DNA of 64,000 nt from an uncultured Pseudomonadota bacterium (GCA_964527595.1 CAZGPI010000003.1:1710-65709), one strand, 5' to 3'; shown: positions 49,143 through 59,735, numbered from the stretch's first letter. Numbers and translations: made by a program. The notes: generated by a model from the letters alone, not told the origin.

Positions 49143-49838
49143 GTGAATGACCAAAAAATGACATTGAGTGCTGTTGATGTTTGCAAAGATTTTAATCAAG
49201 GTGGTAAAACGCAAAAAGTATTGCGTGGAATTTCGGTAAATTTTGTTCATGATCATGCATATGCAATTACCGGAGTTTCTGGTAGTGGAAAATCAACATT
49301 ATTGCACCTGCTCGGCGGATTGGATAGTCCGAGCCAAGGTTTCATATTGTGTAACGGCAAAGATTTGGCAATATTCAAACATGCAGAAAAAAATGTCTTA
49401 CTTAACCAACGGCTTGGGTTTGTTTTTCAATTTCATTATCTCATTAAAGAATTGTCAGTTATTGAAAACGTGATTCTTCCAGGTTTAATTGCTGGTCAAA
49501 AGCGTGTCACTTGTTATCAGCGGGCCCGCGAGCTTTTGGTTATGATGGGTATCGAGGGTAAGGAAAACGCGTATCCAACAACTTTGTCCGGAGGGGAACA
49601 ACAACGGGTTGCTATTGCTCGAGCACTTTTCAATAAACCGGCTTTTTTATTGGCCGATGAACCGACCGGTAATTTGGATGCTGATAATGCACGAATAGTT
49701 ATAGATCTATTTTTTAAGGCCAAAGCTGAGTGGGGGATGGGCATCATTTTGTGTTCGCACGATCCTGCCGTATATGAGCGAATGGAAACCATTTATCATC
49801 TTCATGATGGCGTTATTTTACCCCAAGGTCAAAATTAA
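49143..49838 (+). CDS. ABC transporter ATP-binding protein, LolD-like
   Basis: GVSGSGKSTLLH, GFVFQFHYL, LSGGEQQRVAIARAL and ADEPTGNLD motifs. Confidence 0.9.
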   Translation: MNDQKMTLSAVDVCKDFNQGGKTQKVLRGISVNFVHDHAYAITGVSGSGKSTLLHLLGGLDSPSQGFILCNGKDLAIFKHAEKNVLLNQRLGFVFQFHYLIKELSVIENVILPGLIAGQKRVTCYQRARELLVMMGIEGKENAYPTTLSGGEQQRVAIARALFNKPAFLLADEPTGNLDADNARIVIDLFFKAKAEWGMGIILCSHDPAVYERMETIYHLHDGVILPQGQN

Positions 49839-49860
49839 TCGTAATAAGTTTGAAAAAGAA

Positions 49861-49899
49861 AAGGGGCGCTGAAATCGTTTAACAATTTCAGCGCCCCTT
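49861..49899. terminator. Intrinsic terminator between convergent genes
   Basis: aaggggcgctgaaat-cgtttaaca-atttcagcgcccctt. Confidence 0.7.
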
Positions 49900-49915
49900 A
49901 AAATTTGGGAGTTGC

Positions 49916-50332
49916 TTAGTCTAGCTCAAAAACAAGAGGGGCTATTGCGGCGACGGGTACTAATGCTCTAATTGCACTGTTTTCGATTCGGCTTATTGAA
50001 GATGCAAAGCTATGCTTAAATTCTTGGCATAAGTTGGCTTCGGAGCCCATGCTGCGAAGAAAAGCATTAAATTCTGTAATATACGCTTCTTTGAGTGATG
50101 ATATTAGGGCGACTTTAGCATCATGGGTAATATCTTGGCGTTGCGTAATTGCGGCACTCTCCGTTTTAAATTGAGCGCGCAAGCTTGCTCCGTTTTGTAA
50201 AATTATTTCGCGTATAGTATTCCAATCACGTATAGGAGCCGAATATCCTGAATACATACCAAAACCGTTAGTAAAGAATAGGCTGCATGCAATTGCCAAT
50301 ACTGCGAGTGATTTATGAGAAATGATAGCCAT
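49916..50332 (-). CDS. Hypothetical secreted protein
   Basis: Signal-like N-terminus and helical body. Confidence 0.6.
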   Translation of the reverse strand: MAIISHKSLAVLAIACSLFFTNGFGMYSGYSAPIRDWNTIREIILQNGASLRAQFKTESAAITQRQDITHDAKVALISSLKEAYITEFNAFLRSMGSEANLCQEFKHSFASSISRIENSAIRALVPVAAIAPLVFELD

Positions 50333-50442
50333 AAAAAAGACCCCTATAAAATTGAGCATTAATAACATACGTTTTTGTTGACCGGAGTCAATTTTATAAG
50401 GGTCTGAAAAAAATGCAAGCGCTACAATTTATTCGTGATCAC

Positions 50443-53400
50443 TTATTCGCTTATTTCTTCTATTACTTCGCTATTTTCTTGTTCTGGTTGGATTTCCTCT
50501 ATTGCTTGATCTTCGACTGGTGCTTCTTCTGCTTCTGCCGTAGCTTCGGTCGCGACCGGTTCTACTTCGGCTTCTGGTTCCACAACTACTTCTGTCGCGG
50601 GTTCTTCTACAACTTCTGGCTCTACCGCTATATCAGCCTCGATTTCTGCTTCTATGGAAGCGAGTTCCATAGCGTCTGATGGTTTTTTGATTGAAATGCC
50701 AATTTTTGACCGTGCGGTAAGAACCTTTTTGCCAGATGTTTGAGCCATTTTCTCAAGATTAATAGCCGGAAGAATAGCCAGATTCTTAATAGTCGTTGCG
50801 GTATTCCAACAGCTTCCCATAATGTATCTAATTGAAGGTGTTGGGTATGGATCTTTCCATGAGATAAAGGTGTTTTTTCCCGGAGCTCCTGTCCCTGCCG
50901 ATAGTTGCCCCTTATCGAGGTTAACCCAGTATTTTGTAAATTCTTGTGCCGGAAGCTTTGTGTCTGGTTTATCATCGGTTGATATTTCGACAACTGACTT
51001 GCCAAGGCATTCGGCGCGAATAACGTGTTTTGAATTTTGCCAGCAGCCAAGGCCGACTTCATACAGTTCTTCGCCGCTATTTCGGAGAGGAATGTCGTTT
51101 GTTCTGGCAAAGCAAATTAAAAGATCATTTTCGCCCATTGCTTCAAAGGTAACAAGGCCAGCGCCTTCTTGCGGAAGTTTGCCAAGCGTTATGTATTCAC
51201 CAAAATAATTATTGAGATTAAATTCTTTTCCGGGAGTGGCAAGTGCATTATTGGCAGTTCGTCTAATATTGTTGATCCATGTTTTTCTGAGGATCGGAGC
51301 AGATGCATCCATGCCGGTAAGGAACGAGTTGTTGTATGCCAAAAAGAGTAGATCTACTAATTCCTGTTGTGCCGCTGGAACAGATTTTCCTGTGCTGTAT
51401 AAGTTTTCGAGGTTGCGCCAAATTCTTTCGCGTATTTCTGCTTTGCGAATAGGATAATAGTTTTTGATAAGAAATAGCATGTTTTGGGCGCTTATTACAA
51501 GTGAAGAGACATTTTCTGGTGTTGCCTCTGTTTCTATTTTGCTCAATTGTTCATTTATTAGGTCCTCTACCTTAAGCGTGTCTTCGTCGACTTGCCCCTC
51601 CTTTATTTGAGGAACCGATGGTTTATCAATAAATACGTAACTATCGTGACTTGCAAATGCAAAGTCGGCAGAACCCTTAAGGATTTTTGCTTGAAAATCA
51701 AGTTCATTGGCTTTGCTTTCTTGTTCCAATCCGCGGCGTTGGGCCTGTACCCCAATTTTTGCTGCATCTAGTTTTTTATCAGCGGCGATTCCTTTGTAGA
51801 TTTGGCTAACCCCAGCGGCTGCAAGCGATATTCCTGTTGCAATACCTTGGCCTATGATGCCAAGGGTTCCTACCGTTCCAGAAATTAGTCGAGCGCCGCC
51901 TTCTATTTGTTCACCGGTAGCGGCCATGCGTTCTGCTTCTGCTTCTTTTTCTTGTTTAGCAAAATCTCCTTCCTTAGCCACCGATTCTGCTACTTTACGC
52001 GTTAACTCTGATTGTGCTTCAGCTTTGACTAAAGCTTTTTGCACCTTTAGTTGAAGTGGATTGTTTGCTGGATCAAGCAATTCCATATTATATCCACCAT
52101 CTGGGTTGATGGTGAAGTTGAATCTATAAAAAGCTCCTCGTTGTGGCGTTCCAGCAATGCGGTCTGGGCCTTGGTTGGTAATGCCGTTATATAAAGTTAC
52201 CGCCGGGCCATCTTGATTAAATTGGTATTCAAAAGGCAAGAGAAGCGTCATGCCTCCCTTAAATGATTCTGCTGCTTTTGGTTGAGCATAATTTTCAGTT
52301 TTGCTGGCAACTTGAAGTGTAACGGCAGGGGCAATAATGAGATTTTGCACCGTTGCATTATTGAGTTCGAATTTGATGGCGTTAATGTTGTCTGCCGGTG
52401 TTATATCTTGGTACATAAGTAAAATGTTTTCACCCAAAGTTCCTTGTCCGATGAGAATTTGCCCATCATCATAGCTTATCCAAAATTGGTTAACGTCCGT
52501 TTCGGACAGTTTGCATGCTGGGTATTTTGCAGCCAAAATATTTGCGCAAGAGATAATCTCATATTTGCCACCGATTTGCGCATTTTTTTTAATAAAAATT
52601 CCCGCAGGTTCTGTTGCGCTAAAATTAATAAAGTACGCTTCTTTTGTAGGATCGTTATTGGTTTGCAGTGTTGCGGTAATTGAGTTTTTGCCTTTTGCTT
52701 GAAAGGTTAAAGAACCATGATTTGGAAATCTAAAAGGAATCGCTGTTGATGGAGCACTTGGAAACGTTTGATAATTACGGTTTGGTTTTTTTGCAACAAT
52801 TGGTTCTGACAATTTAGGGTATACGCACGCAAATTCTTGGGTTTCGCTTCCTATTGCTAATCGTGTTGGTTCTGAAGTTGGATTAGGGTCGCGCCATGCC
52901 ATAAATGGATTTTCTCCAATTTCTCCCATGCCGGCCAAAATGAGCCCATCATTATAAGATATCCAATATGGATTAGGTTCGCCGGCTAACATTTTTGCAA
53001 ATCTACTTTGTTTTGCAGAACATTCAAAAACAGCAATATCTTGCGGTTCTTTTCCTTCAAAGTTTCTTTTGATAATAGATGCTTTTGTGTTTAGTGCGCC
53101 GCCAATAACAATATCGTACAAGAAGGTATCAGAAATTTGGTCGCCCAATTTTATATGAAGGCCCCCTTTGTCGCCCGGCATAGCAATTACACCAAATGAG
53201 GCATCGCCTGGAAAAGCTGATTCAAACCAAGCGCCACCGCGGCCCTTCATTGGAGGAATGGTAAATGGGACGCCTGGAACAAGTGGAGGTTTTTTATTTT
53301 TAGCTATGCCAAAAACAGTTGGCTTTTTTATAAGCGGCATTGCTTCAAAAGAAAATGCTCCGCCATTGCCAGGGATGCCTCCGCCCATGCCAATCTTAAC

Positions 53401-55419
53401 AATTTCAAAGGCTATTTTAGCTTTTTCATTAACGGGGAACGGTTGGTCTGGGGGGGTTGCGCTAGGGATTACGGTTGATGCGCATTCAACATTAACCATT
53501 TTAAATTCTTGTTTTATTTGGTAACCATTGGCGACGGCAATATCATCATAATGAGTGTTATTAAAGAGCGGGCCAACCCATTTATCGGTAGCATCATCCC
53601 ATTTATAAACGTTGCCGGATTTTGCATCTGAAATTGCATAATTACCACTTAGTCTGATGATTTTTGTGTTGCCTGGTCGCCCAATAGACTCCCAGCGTTT
53701 TTCTTCACTGTTATATTCCCAAATATCCCCATTTGTGTCGACCGCTCTTATTGTTCCATCGCCAAGTGCTGTAATGCTTTCCGCTTTTTTATCAAGAATT
53801 TTTCTAGTATCCCAGGATAGGCCATCATAGCGTGAGACTATTCCTTCTGTATTGAGTCCCCATACTTCAGTTTTGCTGACGATTGCAAGCTGACGCATGC
53901 CCTTGCTCATATCGGGGAGTTTTATAGGAATTAATTTACCTTGTTTGGAAAGTTCAAAAATTGTTTTTTCTTTGCTGATTAAAAAGACAAGATCGTCTTG
54001 GTTTGCTGTAACGCTATCAAAAAGGCCGCTAGTTTGATATTTTTCCCATGCAGGATTTCCTATTTTACTATATTTATACAAATTTCCATTAACATCAACG
54101 CCCCACGCTCGCGTTGCATCAATAACAGCTACTTGAGATATAATGGTACTAGTCTCTTGAGGCTTTTCATGGATATTGCTATAAAGCGCACTTTTGATTT
54201 TAACCTGGTCGTATCTATCAAATATACCATTAAGGAGCATTCCGCCTGGTCCGGTTGGACTCAACATCATGAAGTATGTTCTAATCTGTCCATCACCTTG
54301 GTTAACGCCCGCTGGAAATCCTTTTTCTTGTCTAATGAACTTTTGATCGCCGACGCTTTTTATGGCGATTAAATCACCATATTGAACATTTTGTGCCAGA
54401 TTTATTGCCCCACCTTGTTGGGTTGCAATGTATTTTTTATCAATAATTTTCCTTTCGTTTTGTGCCAAAGGTCCAAGGTCGCTAGGATAAGCGTGAAGAA
54501 CTAGGCCATCGCTAAAACGGATCCTGAAACTTGTACCGTACGTCAAATTTTGTCTACTATCGTTGCCATTTTCATCTGTTATGGTGACATACGCCATTTG
54601 CCTTCGGCCTGTGTCTTTTGATGTTAATATAACCTGTGCTTTTTCTGCTATGTGGCCGTTGAATCCAATGGTTCCGCTAAATGCAATCGAAACTTTGTCG
54701 CCAAATTTTATTGGTCGGGTACCATCCATATCAATTTTGACTTTCAGTACATCGTTATAATCGGACTTAATTCCCCAAACATCGTTGCTCATTATTTTTT
54801 CTTCTTTAATTTTAACCGATTTTTCTCCTTTAAATGGATAAAGGCAGCCGTTGGTTTTGCGGTTTTTTAACACAGCATTATCAATCGTTACATCTTCAGG
54901 AATTTCCCAATGGCAATCGTAGTTATCTTCGTCGGTAAACGTACTATCTTTGGCATCAAAAACAACGTCTTTTGTTTCTTTATCAAAGCGCATAAATGCA
55001 TTATTGGCATCGGGTGATGAAATACCAAGCCAATCATGGAGGTTTTTTGACATACGGCGAGCGATAATAAAGGTTGATGCTTTTTTCGAGTTAGTTGTGG
55101 TTGGATTCATGGTAAATCGGTTTGCTGAATCTTTGCTAACGGTAAAATATTTACCCTCTTTACCCAATTCTGGATCAAGTGATTTTATTCTGACAAAAGT
55201 TTGGTTTGGTAGGTCATCATGCCTTTTTTTTTCAAACAAAAGGCCGGCCGATTCTTCTGAATTGTTTTTCACTCTTCCCAAAAGTGCATAACCATGATCA
55301 GGGCCACTTTCAAGTTCATCTTTTAGTCGCTCGATATCAGATGATTGATTTTGCGCTAAGCAGAAAATAAGAGAAAAGAATAGAACCATTTTACCGATTC
55401 GTTGGATTAGCTTTTTCAC
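50443..55419 (-). CDS. 1658-aa secreted multidomain protein (tectonin-like repeats, three FAMeT-like modules, acidic tail)
   Basis: Signal peptide and SD aggag. WGVDVNGNLYKY / VWGLNTEGIVSRYDG repeats. Three copies of a (Y/F)W(I/V)...G.G...W.DP-type module. Glu-rich C-terminus. Confidence 0.8.
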   Translation of the reverse strand: MKKLIQRIGKMVLFFSLIFCLAQNQSSDIERLKDELESGPDHGYALLGRVKNNSEESAGLLFEKKRHDDLPNQTFVRIKSLDPELGKEGKYFTVSKDSANRFTMNPTTTNSKKASTFIIARRMSKNLHDWLGISSPDANNAFMRFDKETKDVVFDAKDSTFTDEDNYDCHWEIPEDVTIDNAVLKNRKTNGCLYPFKGEKSVKIKEEKIMSNDVWGIKSDYNDVLKVKIDMDGTRPIKFGDKVSIAFSGTIGFNGHIAEKAQVILTSKDTGRRQMAYVTITDENGNDSRQNLTYGTSFRIRFSDGLVLHAYPSDLGPLAQNERKIIDKKYIATQQGGAINLAQNVQYGDLIAIKSVGDQKFIRQEKGFPAGVNQGDGQIRTYFMMLSPTGPGGMLLNGIFDRYDQVKIKSALYSNIHEKPQETSTIISQVAVIDATRAWGVDVNGNLYKYSKIGNPAWEKYQTSGLFDSVTANQDDLVFLISKEKTIFELSKQGKLIPIKLPDMSKGMRQLAIVSKTEVWGLNTEGIVSRYDGLSWDTRKILDKKAESITALGDGTIRAVDTNGDIWEYNSEEKRWESIGRPGNTKIIRLSGNYAISDAKSGNVYKWDDATDKWVGPLFNNTHYDDIAVANGYQIKQEFKMVNVECASTVIPSATPPDQPFPVNEKAKIAFEIVKIGMGGGIPGNGGAFSFEAMPLIKKPTVFGIAKNKKPPLVPGVPFTIPPMKGRGGAWFESAFPGDASFGVIAMPGDKGGLHIKLGDQISDTFLYDIVIGGALNTKASIIKRNFEGKEPQDIAVFECSAKQSRFAKMLAGEPNPYWISYNDGLILAGMGEIGENPFMAWRDPNPTSEPTRLAIGSETQEFACVYPKLSEPIVAKKPNRNYQTFPSAPSTAIPFRFPNHGSLTFQAKGKNSITATLQTNNDPTKEAYFINFSATEPAGIFIKKNAQIGGKYEIISCANILAAKYPACKLSETDVNQFWISYDDGQILIGQGTLGENILLMYQDITPADNINAIKFELNNATVQNLIIAPAVTLQVASKTENYAQPKAAESFKGGMTLLLPFEYQFNQDGPAVTLYNGITNQGPDRIAGTPQRGAFYRFNFTINPDGGYNMELLDPANNPLQLKVQKALVKAEAQSELTRKVAESVAKEGDFAKQEKEAEAERMAATGEQIEGGARLISGTVGTLGIIGQGIATGISLAAAGVSQIYKGIAADKKLDAAKIGVQAQRRGLEQESKANELDFQAKILKGSADFAFASHDSYVFIDKPSVPQIKEGQVDEDTLKVEDLINEQLSKIETEATPENVSSLVISAQNMLFLIKNYYPIRKAEIRERIWRNLENLYSTGKSVPAAQQELVDLLFLAYNNSFLTGMDASAPILRKTWINNIRRTANNALATPGKEFNLNNYFGEYITLGKLPQEGAGLVTFEAMGENDLLICFARTNDIPLRNSGEELYEVGLGCWQNSKHVIRAECLGKSVVEISTDDKPDTKLPAQEFTKYWVNLDKGQLSAGTGAPGKNTFISWKDPYPTPSIRYIMGSCWNTATTIKNLAILPAINLEKMAQTSGKKVLTARSKIGISIKKPSDAMELASIEAEIEADIAVEPEVVEEPATEVVVEPEAEVEPVATEATAEAEEAPVEDQAIEEIQPEQENSEVIEEISE

Positions 55420-55508
55420 TTCGGCTCCTTTATAAAGAGGTTATTTTTTCACGGTTAAACCTCACTTTATATAAATGCCGAAGAGCGGTGCAAGGGAATT
55501 GAAAAAAA

Positions 55509-55543
55509 GATGGATCCCGGCCTGGGGGCCGGGATCGACAAAA
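55509..55543 (-). repeat. Divergent family A element
   Basis: gatggatcccggcctgggggccgggatcgacaaaa, just downstream of alaS. Confidence 0.8.
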
Positions 55544-55553
55544 TTGGTATTAC

Positions 55554-58178
55554 TTATTTGCTTTTCAGCCAACCCAAAATAACTTCCTTCAAGCTTCCAT
55601 TAAGGGTTCCGCTGCCTTGTATCATGACTGGTGAACCTCCGCCACGAATTTCTGGGTTTGTTACCTTGATAGCGTCAAAACATACTTTTGCATTAACTTC
55701 TTTTTGGGCACTTTTGCAAACATATCCGAGGAATGAGCTAATACCGGTTGTTGTGTCTTTACTGACCACAAAATAAAACCCAGGGGCTGTTTTTTCAAGC
55801 TCTTGGCATAATGTTTTTAGATCGTCGTTGCCCATGTTTTCAAGTTCAAGATACAAAAACGGAACAGTGCCAATTGTTTCCATGTCTTTGGTCATTGATG
55901 CGCTATTTGCCTTGATGAGTTGTTTTTTGAGATTTTTGATTTCGGTAAGCGTTTCTTGATGCGATTGTTGTAGTTTCTTTACGGCGGCTAATACTTCTTC
56001 TGGCTTTGCCTTAAACTCTTCGCTGAGTTTTTTTACCGTTGTGTGTGTTTGTTGGAAAAGCCTTATGGCTTCAGGTCCGGTTACACCAGCGATACGACGA
56101 GTTCCGGTAGCAAGCGCTGTTTCGGCCACAATTTTAAAGCAACCAATAATGCCGGTGCTTGAGGCATGGGTTCCCCCACACAATTCGACCGAGAATCCTG
56201 GTATTTGGATGACTCGTACACATTCTGGGTTGTATTTTTCACCAAAGAATGCCAAGGCTCCAACTTGTTTAGCCTTTTCAAGGGTTGTGGTAAATGTCTT
56301 TGTTGAAAGATTTTCTTGGATTTTTTGATTAACCAATTGCTCAACCTGTTCTATTTGTTCCGGTGTGAGTGCCTGGTTATGGGTAAAGTCAAAACGAAGA
56401 GCGTTTTGCGTCACTTGTGAGCCGGCTTGCTTAACGCTTGGCCCAAGAATTTGGACGAGTGCCGCTTGCAATAAGTGTGCCGCTGTATGATTTTTGACGA
56501 CATTTGTGCGTGCGTAATGGTCAACGACGCAATGGATGGGATCGCCAAGGTGAATATCGGTATTCAATAAACCATTGGTCGATTTTAAGGAGATTTTGAT
56601 AGCAATTGATGGTGTTGCGGTACAACCCATTTTTTGCAATTCCATAACTGGGTAGGTATGGCTTTTTATTGTTACCCAGCCGGTATCGCCAACTTGTCCG
56701 CCGCATTCAACATAAAAAGGACATTCTTTTGTGACTATCCAAGCGGTATTATCTTGTAAATTTGTTTGAATGAATTGGATGGTTGAATCGTTTTCGAGTT
56801 TATCGTAACCAACAAAGGAGGTTGCCATGGTATCGGGAATTGAGAGGGTTTCTTTGCCGACCGTTTGTTTTTTGCCCGATTGCTCTTGTTGTTTTTTCAT
56901 TTCTTCTTCAAAGCCGGCCATATCGAAGGTCAGGTTGTTTTCTCGTGCAAGGACCATCGTTAATTCTGGCGGAAAGCCATAGGTGTCATAAAGTTTGAAT
57001 ACTTGTTCGCCGGTAAGCATCGTGCGGTTATTTTTTTTATTTTCTTCAAGATATTTTACAAAGATCCCTTGGCCTTGTTCTAGGTTGCAGGTAAATCGCT
57101 CGATTTCATTATCAAGAATTGAAAGGATGAGCTTTTTGCTGACTTCAAGTTCTGGATAAACCGGAGCCATGAAAGTAATAAATTCTTGGGCAAGTTTTGA
57201 GAAAAGGAATTGATCATCCGATAATTTTTGGGCAAAAAGGGCGGCGCGTCTGATGATTTTGCGCAAAACATAGCCGCGGCCATCGTTTGATGGGCTGCAT
57301 CCGTCGGCAATCAAAAGGCTGCTTGAGCGGACATGGTCGGCAAGGACACGGAAGGCCGCCTTAATGTTTTCGTTTCCTTGAGCATAACTTATGCCAGAAA
57401 TTGACTCGGTTTTTTTTATGATATCGGTAAATAAATCGGTATCAAATACTGTACTAACGCCTTGAATAACAGTACATAAACGTTCCAAGCCCATTCCGGT
57501 ATCAACGCCCGTTTGCTTGAGCGGTTGTAATGAGCCATCTGCTTGGCGTTCATATTGCATAAATACGTTGTTCCATATTTCCATAAAGCGGTCGCAGTCA
57601 CAACCTGGCGCGCAATTTGGCTGTTTGCATCCTTTTTCGATGCCGCGATCAATGTAGATTTCGGTGCAAGGGCCGCAGGGACCGGTATCGCCCATTTGCC
57701 AGAAGTTGTCTTTTTCACCCAATCTGGTTATGCGGTCGGCTGGAATACCGACGTTTTTGTGCCAAATATCAAACGCTTCGTCGTCCGTTTTATAGATGGT
57801 TACGTATAATTTTTCGGCCGGGAGTTTCATTTCTTTGGTTAAAAATTCCCAGGCAAAGGGGATGGCTTCTTTTTTGAAGTAGTCACCAAATGAGAAGTTG
57901 CCAAGCATTTCAAAAAAGGTGAGATGGCGTTCGGTAAAACCAACCTGTTCAAGGTCGTTGTGTTTTCCGCCGGCGCGGACACATTTTTGGCTTGTCGTTG
58001 CACGTGTATATGATCGCTTTTCTTTGCCCAAAAAAAGGTCTTTAAATTGGTTCATGCCGGCATTGGCAAACAATAACGTAGGGTCTTCTGCCGGGATGAG
58101 TGATGAACTTGAGACGATGGTATGTCCATTTTTGGCAAAAAAATCTAAAAACTTTTGGCGAATTTGGAATGAATTCAT
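55554..58178 (-). CDS. alaS: Alanine--tRNA ligase
   Basis: DPTLLFANAGMNQFK, FEMLGNFSFGDYFK, DTGMGLER, NHTAAHLL and ELCGGTH motifs. Confidence 0.97.
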   Translation of the reverse strand: MNSFQIRQKFLDFFAKNGHTIVSSSSLIPAEDPTLLFANAGMNQFKDLFLGKEKRSYTRATTSQKCVRAGGKHNDLEQVGFTERHLTFFEMLGNFSFGDYFKKEAIPFAWEFLTKEMKLPAEKLYVTIYKTDDEAFDIWHKNVGIPADRITRLGEKDNFWQMGDTGPCGPCTEIYIDRGIEKGCKQPNCAPGCDCDRFMEIWNNVFMQYERQADGSLQPLKQTGVDTGMGLERLCTVIQGVSTVFDTDLFTDIIKKTESISGISYAQGNENIKAAFRVLADHVRSSSLLIADGCSPSNDGRGYVLRKIIRRAALFAQKLSDDQFLFSKLAQEFITFMAPVYPELEVSKKLILSILDNEIERFTCNLEQGQGIFVKYLEENKKNNRTMLTGEQVFKLYDTYGFPPELTMVLARENNLTFDMAGFEEEMKKQQEQSGKKQTVGKETLSIPDTMATSFVGYDKLENDSTIQFIQTNLQDNTAWIVTKECPFYVECGGQVGDTGWVTIKSHTYPVMELQKMGCTATPSIAIKISLKSTNGLLNTDIHLGDPIHCVVDHYARTNVVKNHTAAHLLQAALVQILGPSVKQAGSQVTQNALRFDFTHNQALTPEQIEQVEQLVNQKIQENLSTKTFTTTLEKAKQVGALAFFGEKYNPECVRVIQIPGFSVELCGGTHASSTGIIGCFKIVAETALATGTRRIAGVTGPEAIRLFQQTHTTVKKLSEEFKAKPEEVLAAVKKLQQSHQETLTEIKNLKKQLIKANSASMTKDMETIGTVPFLYLELENMGNDDLKTLCQELEKTAPGFYFVVSKDTTTGISSFLGYVCKSAQKEVNAKVCFDAIKVTNPEIRGGGSPVMIQGSGTLNGSLKEVILGWLKSK

Positions 58179-58360
58179 ATATTCCTCATTATTTACGGTA
58201 TAAAACAACATAAAATATACCACTTTTGGTGGGTTGAGTAAAATTTGGCCATTTTTTTGCCGTTTTTCATAGGGGGTGGTTTTGCCTTGCCATAAAAACC
58301 AAATAACGTTAAATTGATAGGGAAAATAACGTAAACTGCTTTATGCAAGGATATATACCC

Positions 58361-59668
58361 ATGGCGTCAAGTGCTGTTACTTTAGAAAAAATTGTTGCTT
58401 TATGTAAACGCAGAGGATTTGTTTATCAATCCGCTGAAATTTACGATGGCCTTAATGGTGTTTATGATTTTGGTCCGCTTGGCGCATTATTAAAACAAAA
58501 CATTAAATCGGCGTGGACTTCTAGTATTACAAGTTTCCCCGAAGAAGTTTTATTGCTCGATGGTGCAATTTTGGGTGCATCTCAGGTTTGGAAAGCTTCG
58601 GGCCATCTTGATAACTTTAGTGATCCGATGGTTGATTGCTTGAATTGCAAAAAACGCTTCCGTGCCGATGATATCGACCTTGAAAAGCCATGTGCTTCAT
58701 GCGGTATCAAAAGTTGGACCGGCGTGCGTCAATTTCAGTTAATGTTTCAGACCAATCTTGGTGCCATGAGTGATGGTGCTAGTGTTGCTTATTTACGCCC
58801 TGAAACAGCACAATCAATCTTTGTTAATTTTAAAAATATTTTGACTAGTAATCGAGTAAAAATTCCTTTTGGTGTTGCCCAAATTGGTAAAGCATTTAGA
58901 AACGAAATTACGCCAAAACAATTTTTATTCCGTATGCGTGAATTTGAGCAAATGGAAATGGAGTTTTTCTGTAAAGAAGATCAAGCAGCGAATTTTTTTG
59001 AAGTTTGGTGCCAACGACGCAAAGATTTTTTCGCGGCCCTTGGCTTAAACCCAGAAAAGATCCGTATGCGAGCTCATGCATCTGATGAACTTGCCCATTA
59101 TTCAACCGCTTGTTTTGACGTTGAATATAATTTTCCTTTTGGGTGGAAAGAACTTGAAGGGATTGCCAACCGAGGTAATTTCGACCTTACTCAGCACTCA
59201 AAATCTTCCGGAAAAGAATTGGCCGTATTTGATGATGCCACAAAGACAAGTTATACCCCCCATGTTGTTGAGTGCTCGGTCGGGGTTGATCGCCTATTCT
59301 TAACACTTCTTTTTGATGCATATAATGAAGACGAAGTTGAGGGTGAAGTTCGGACCGTATTAAAGTTTCATCCACGGATTGCCCCAATTACGGCCGCAGT
59401 ATTGCCATTGACCAATAAGCTATCCGAGCAAGCTGAAAAATTATATGTAGATATTAAGGCTCAAGGTTATCGTGTTCAATACGATTATTCAGGTTCTATT
59501 GGTAAGCGCTATCGTCGCCAGGATGAAATTGGAACACCCGTTTGCTTTACCTACGATTTTCAAACGCTTGAAGATAATACAGTAACGGCCCGTAATCGTG
59601 ATACTTTAATCCAAGAGCGCATTGCGATTGATCGCATTGATGAATATCTGAAAAATTTATTGAAGTAA
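58361..59668 (+). CDS. glyQS: Glycine--tRNA ligase (homodimeric type)
   Basis: LCKRRGF, YLRPETAQ, GKAFRNEITP, FRMREFEQME and GSIGKRYRRQDEIGTP motifs. Confidence 0.96.
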   Translation: MASSAVTLEKIVALCKRRGFVYQSAEIYDGLNGVYDFGPLGALLKQNIKSAWTSSITSFPEEVLLLDGAILGASQVWKASGHLDNFSDPMVDCLNCKKRFRADDIDLEKPCASCGIKSWTGVRQFQLMFQTNLGAMSDGASVAYLRPETAQSIFVNFKNILTSNRVKIPFGVAQIGKAFRNEITPKQFLFRMREFEQMEMEFFCKEDQAANFFEVWCQRRKDFFAALGLNPEKIRMRAHASDELAHYSTACFDVEYNFPFGWKELEGIANRGNFDLTQHSKSSGKELAVFDDATKTSYTPHVVECSVGVDRLFLTLLFDAYNEDEVEGEVRTVLKFHPRIAPITAAVLPLTNKLSEQAEKLYVDIKAQGYRVQYDYSGSIGKRYRRQDEIGTPVCFTYDFQTLEDNTVTARNRDTLIQERIAIDRIDEYLKNLLK

Positions 59669-59678
59669 CTAATTTGGT

Positions 59679-59706
59679 AAAAAGGCGCTTAAAAGGGCGC
59701 CTTTTT
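59679..59706 (+). terminator. Intrinsic terminator
   Basis: aaaaggcgct-taaaa-gggcgccttttt. Confidence 0.65.
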
Positions 59707-59735
59707 AATTATTAAATCTTTAACGGAGTAGGAAG

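Noticed and set aside
50413..50679. 88-aa Phe/Cys-rich ORF
   Set aside because: Antisense shadow of the Glu-rich tail of the 1658-aa gene.
55510..55776. 88-aa ORF MDPGLGAGID...
   Set aside because: It starts at the ATG inside a family A element and runs antisense to alaS.
58361..59668. Eukaryote/archaea-like homodimeric GlyRS as a sign of HGT
   Set aside because: This type is common in many bacterial phyla and is not informative alone.
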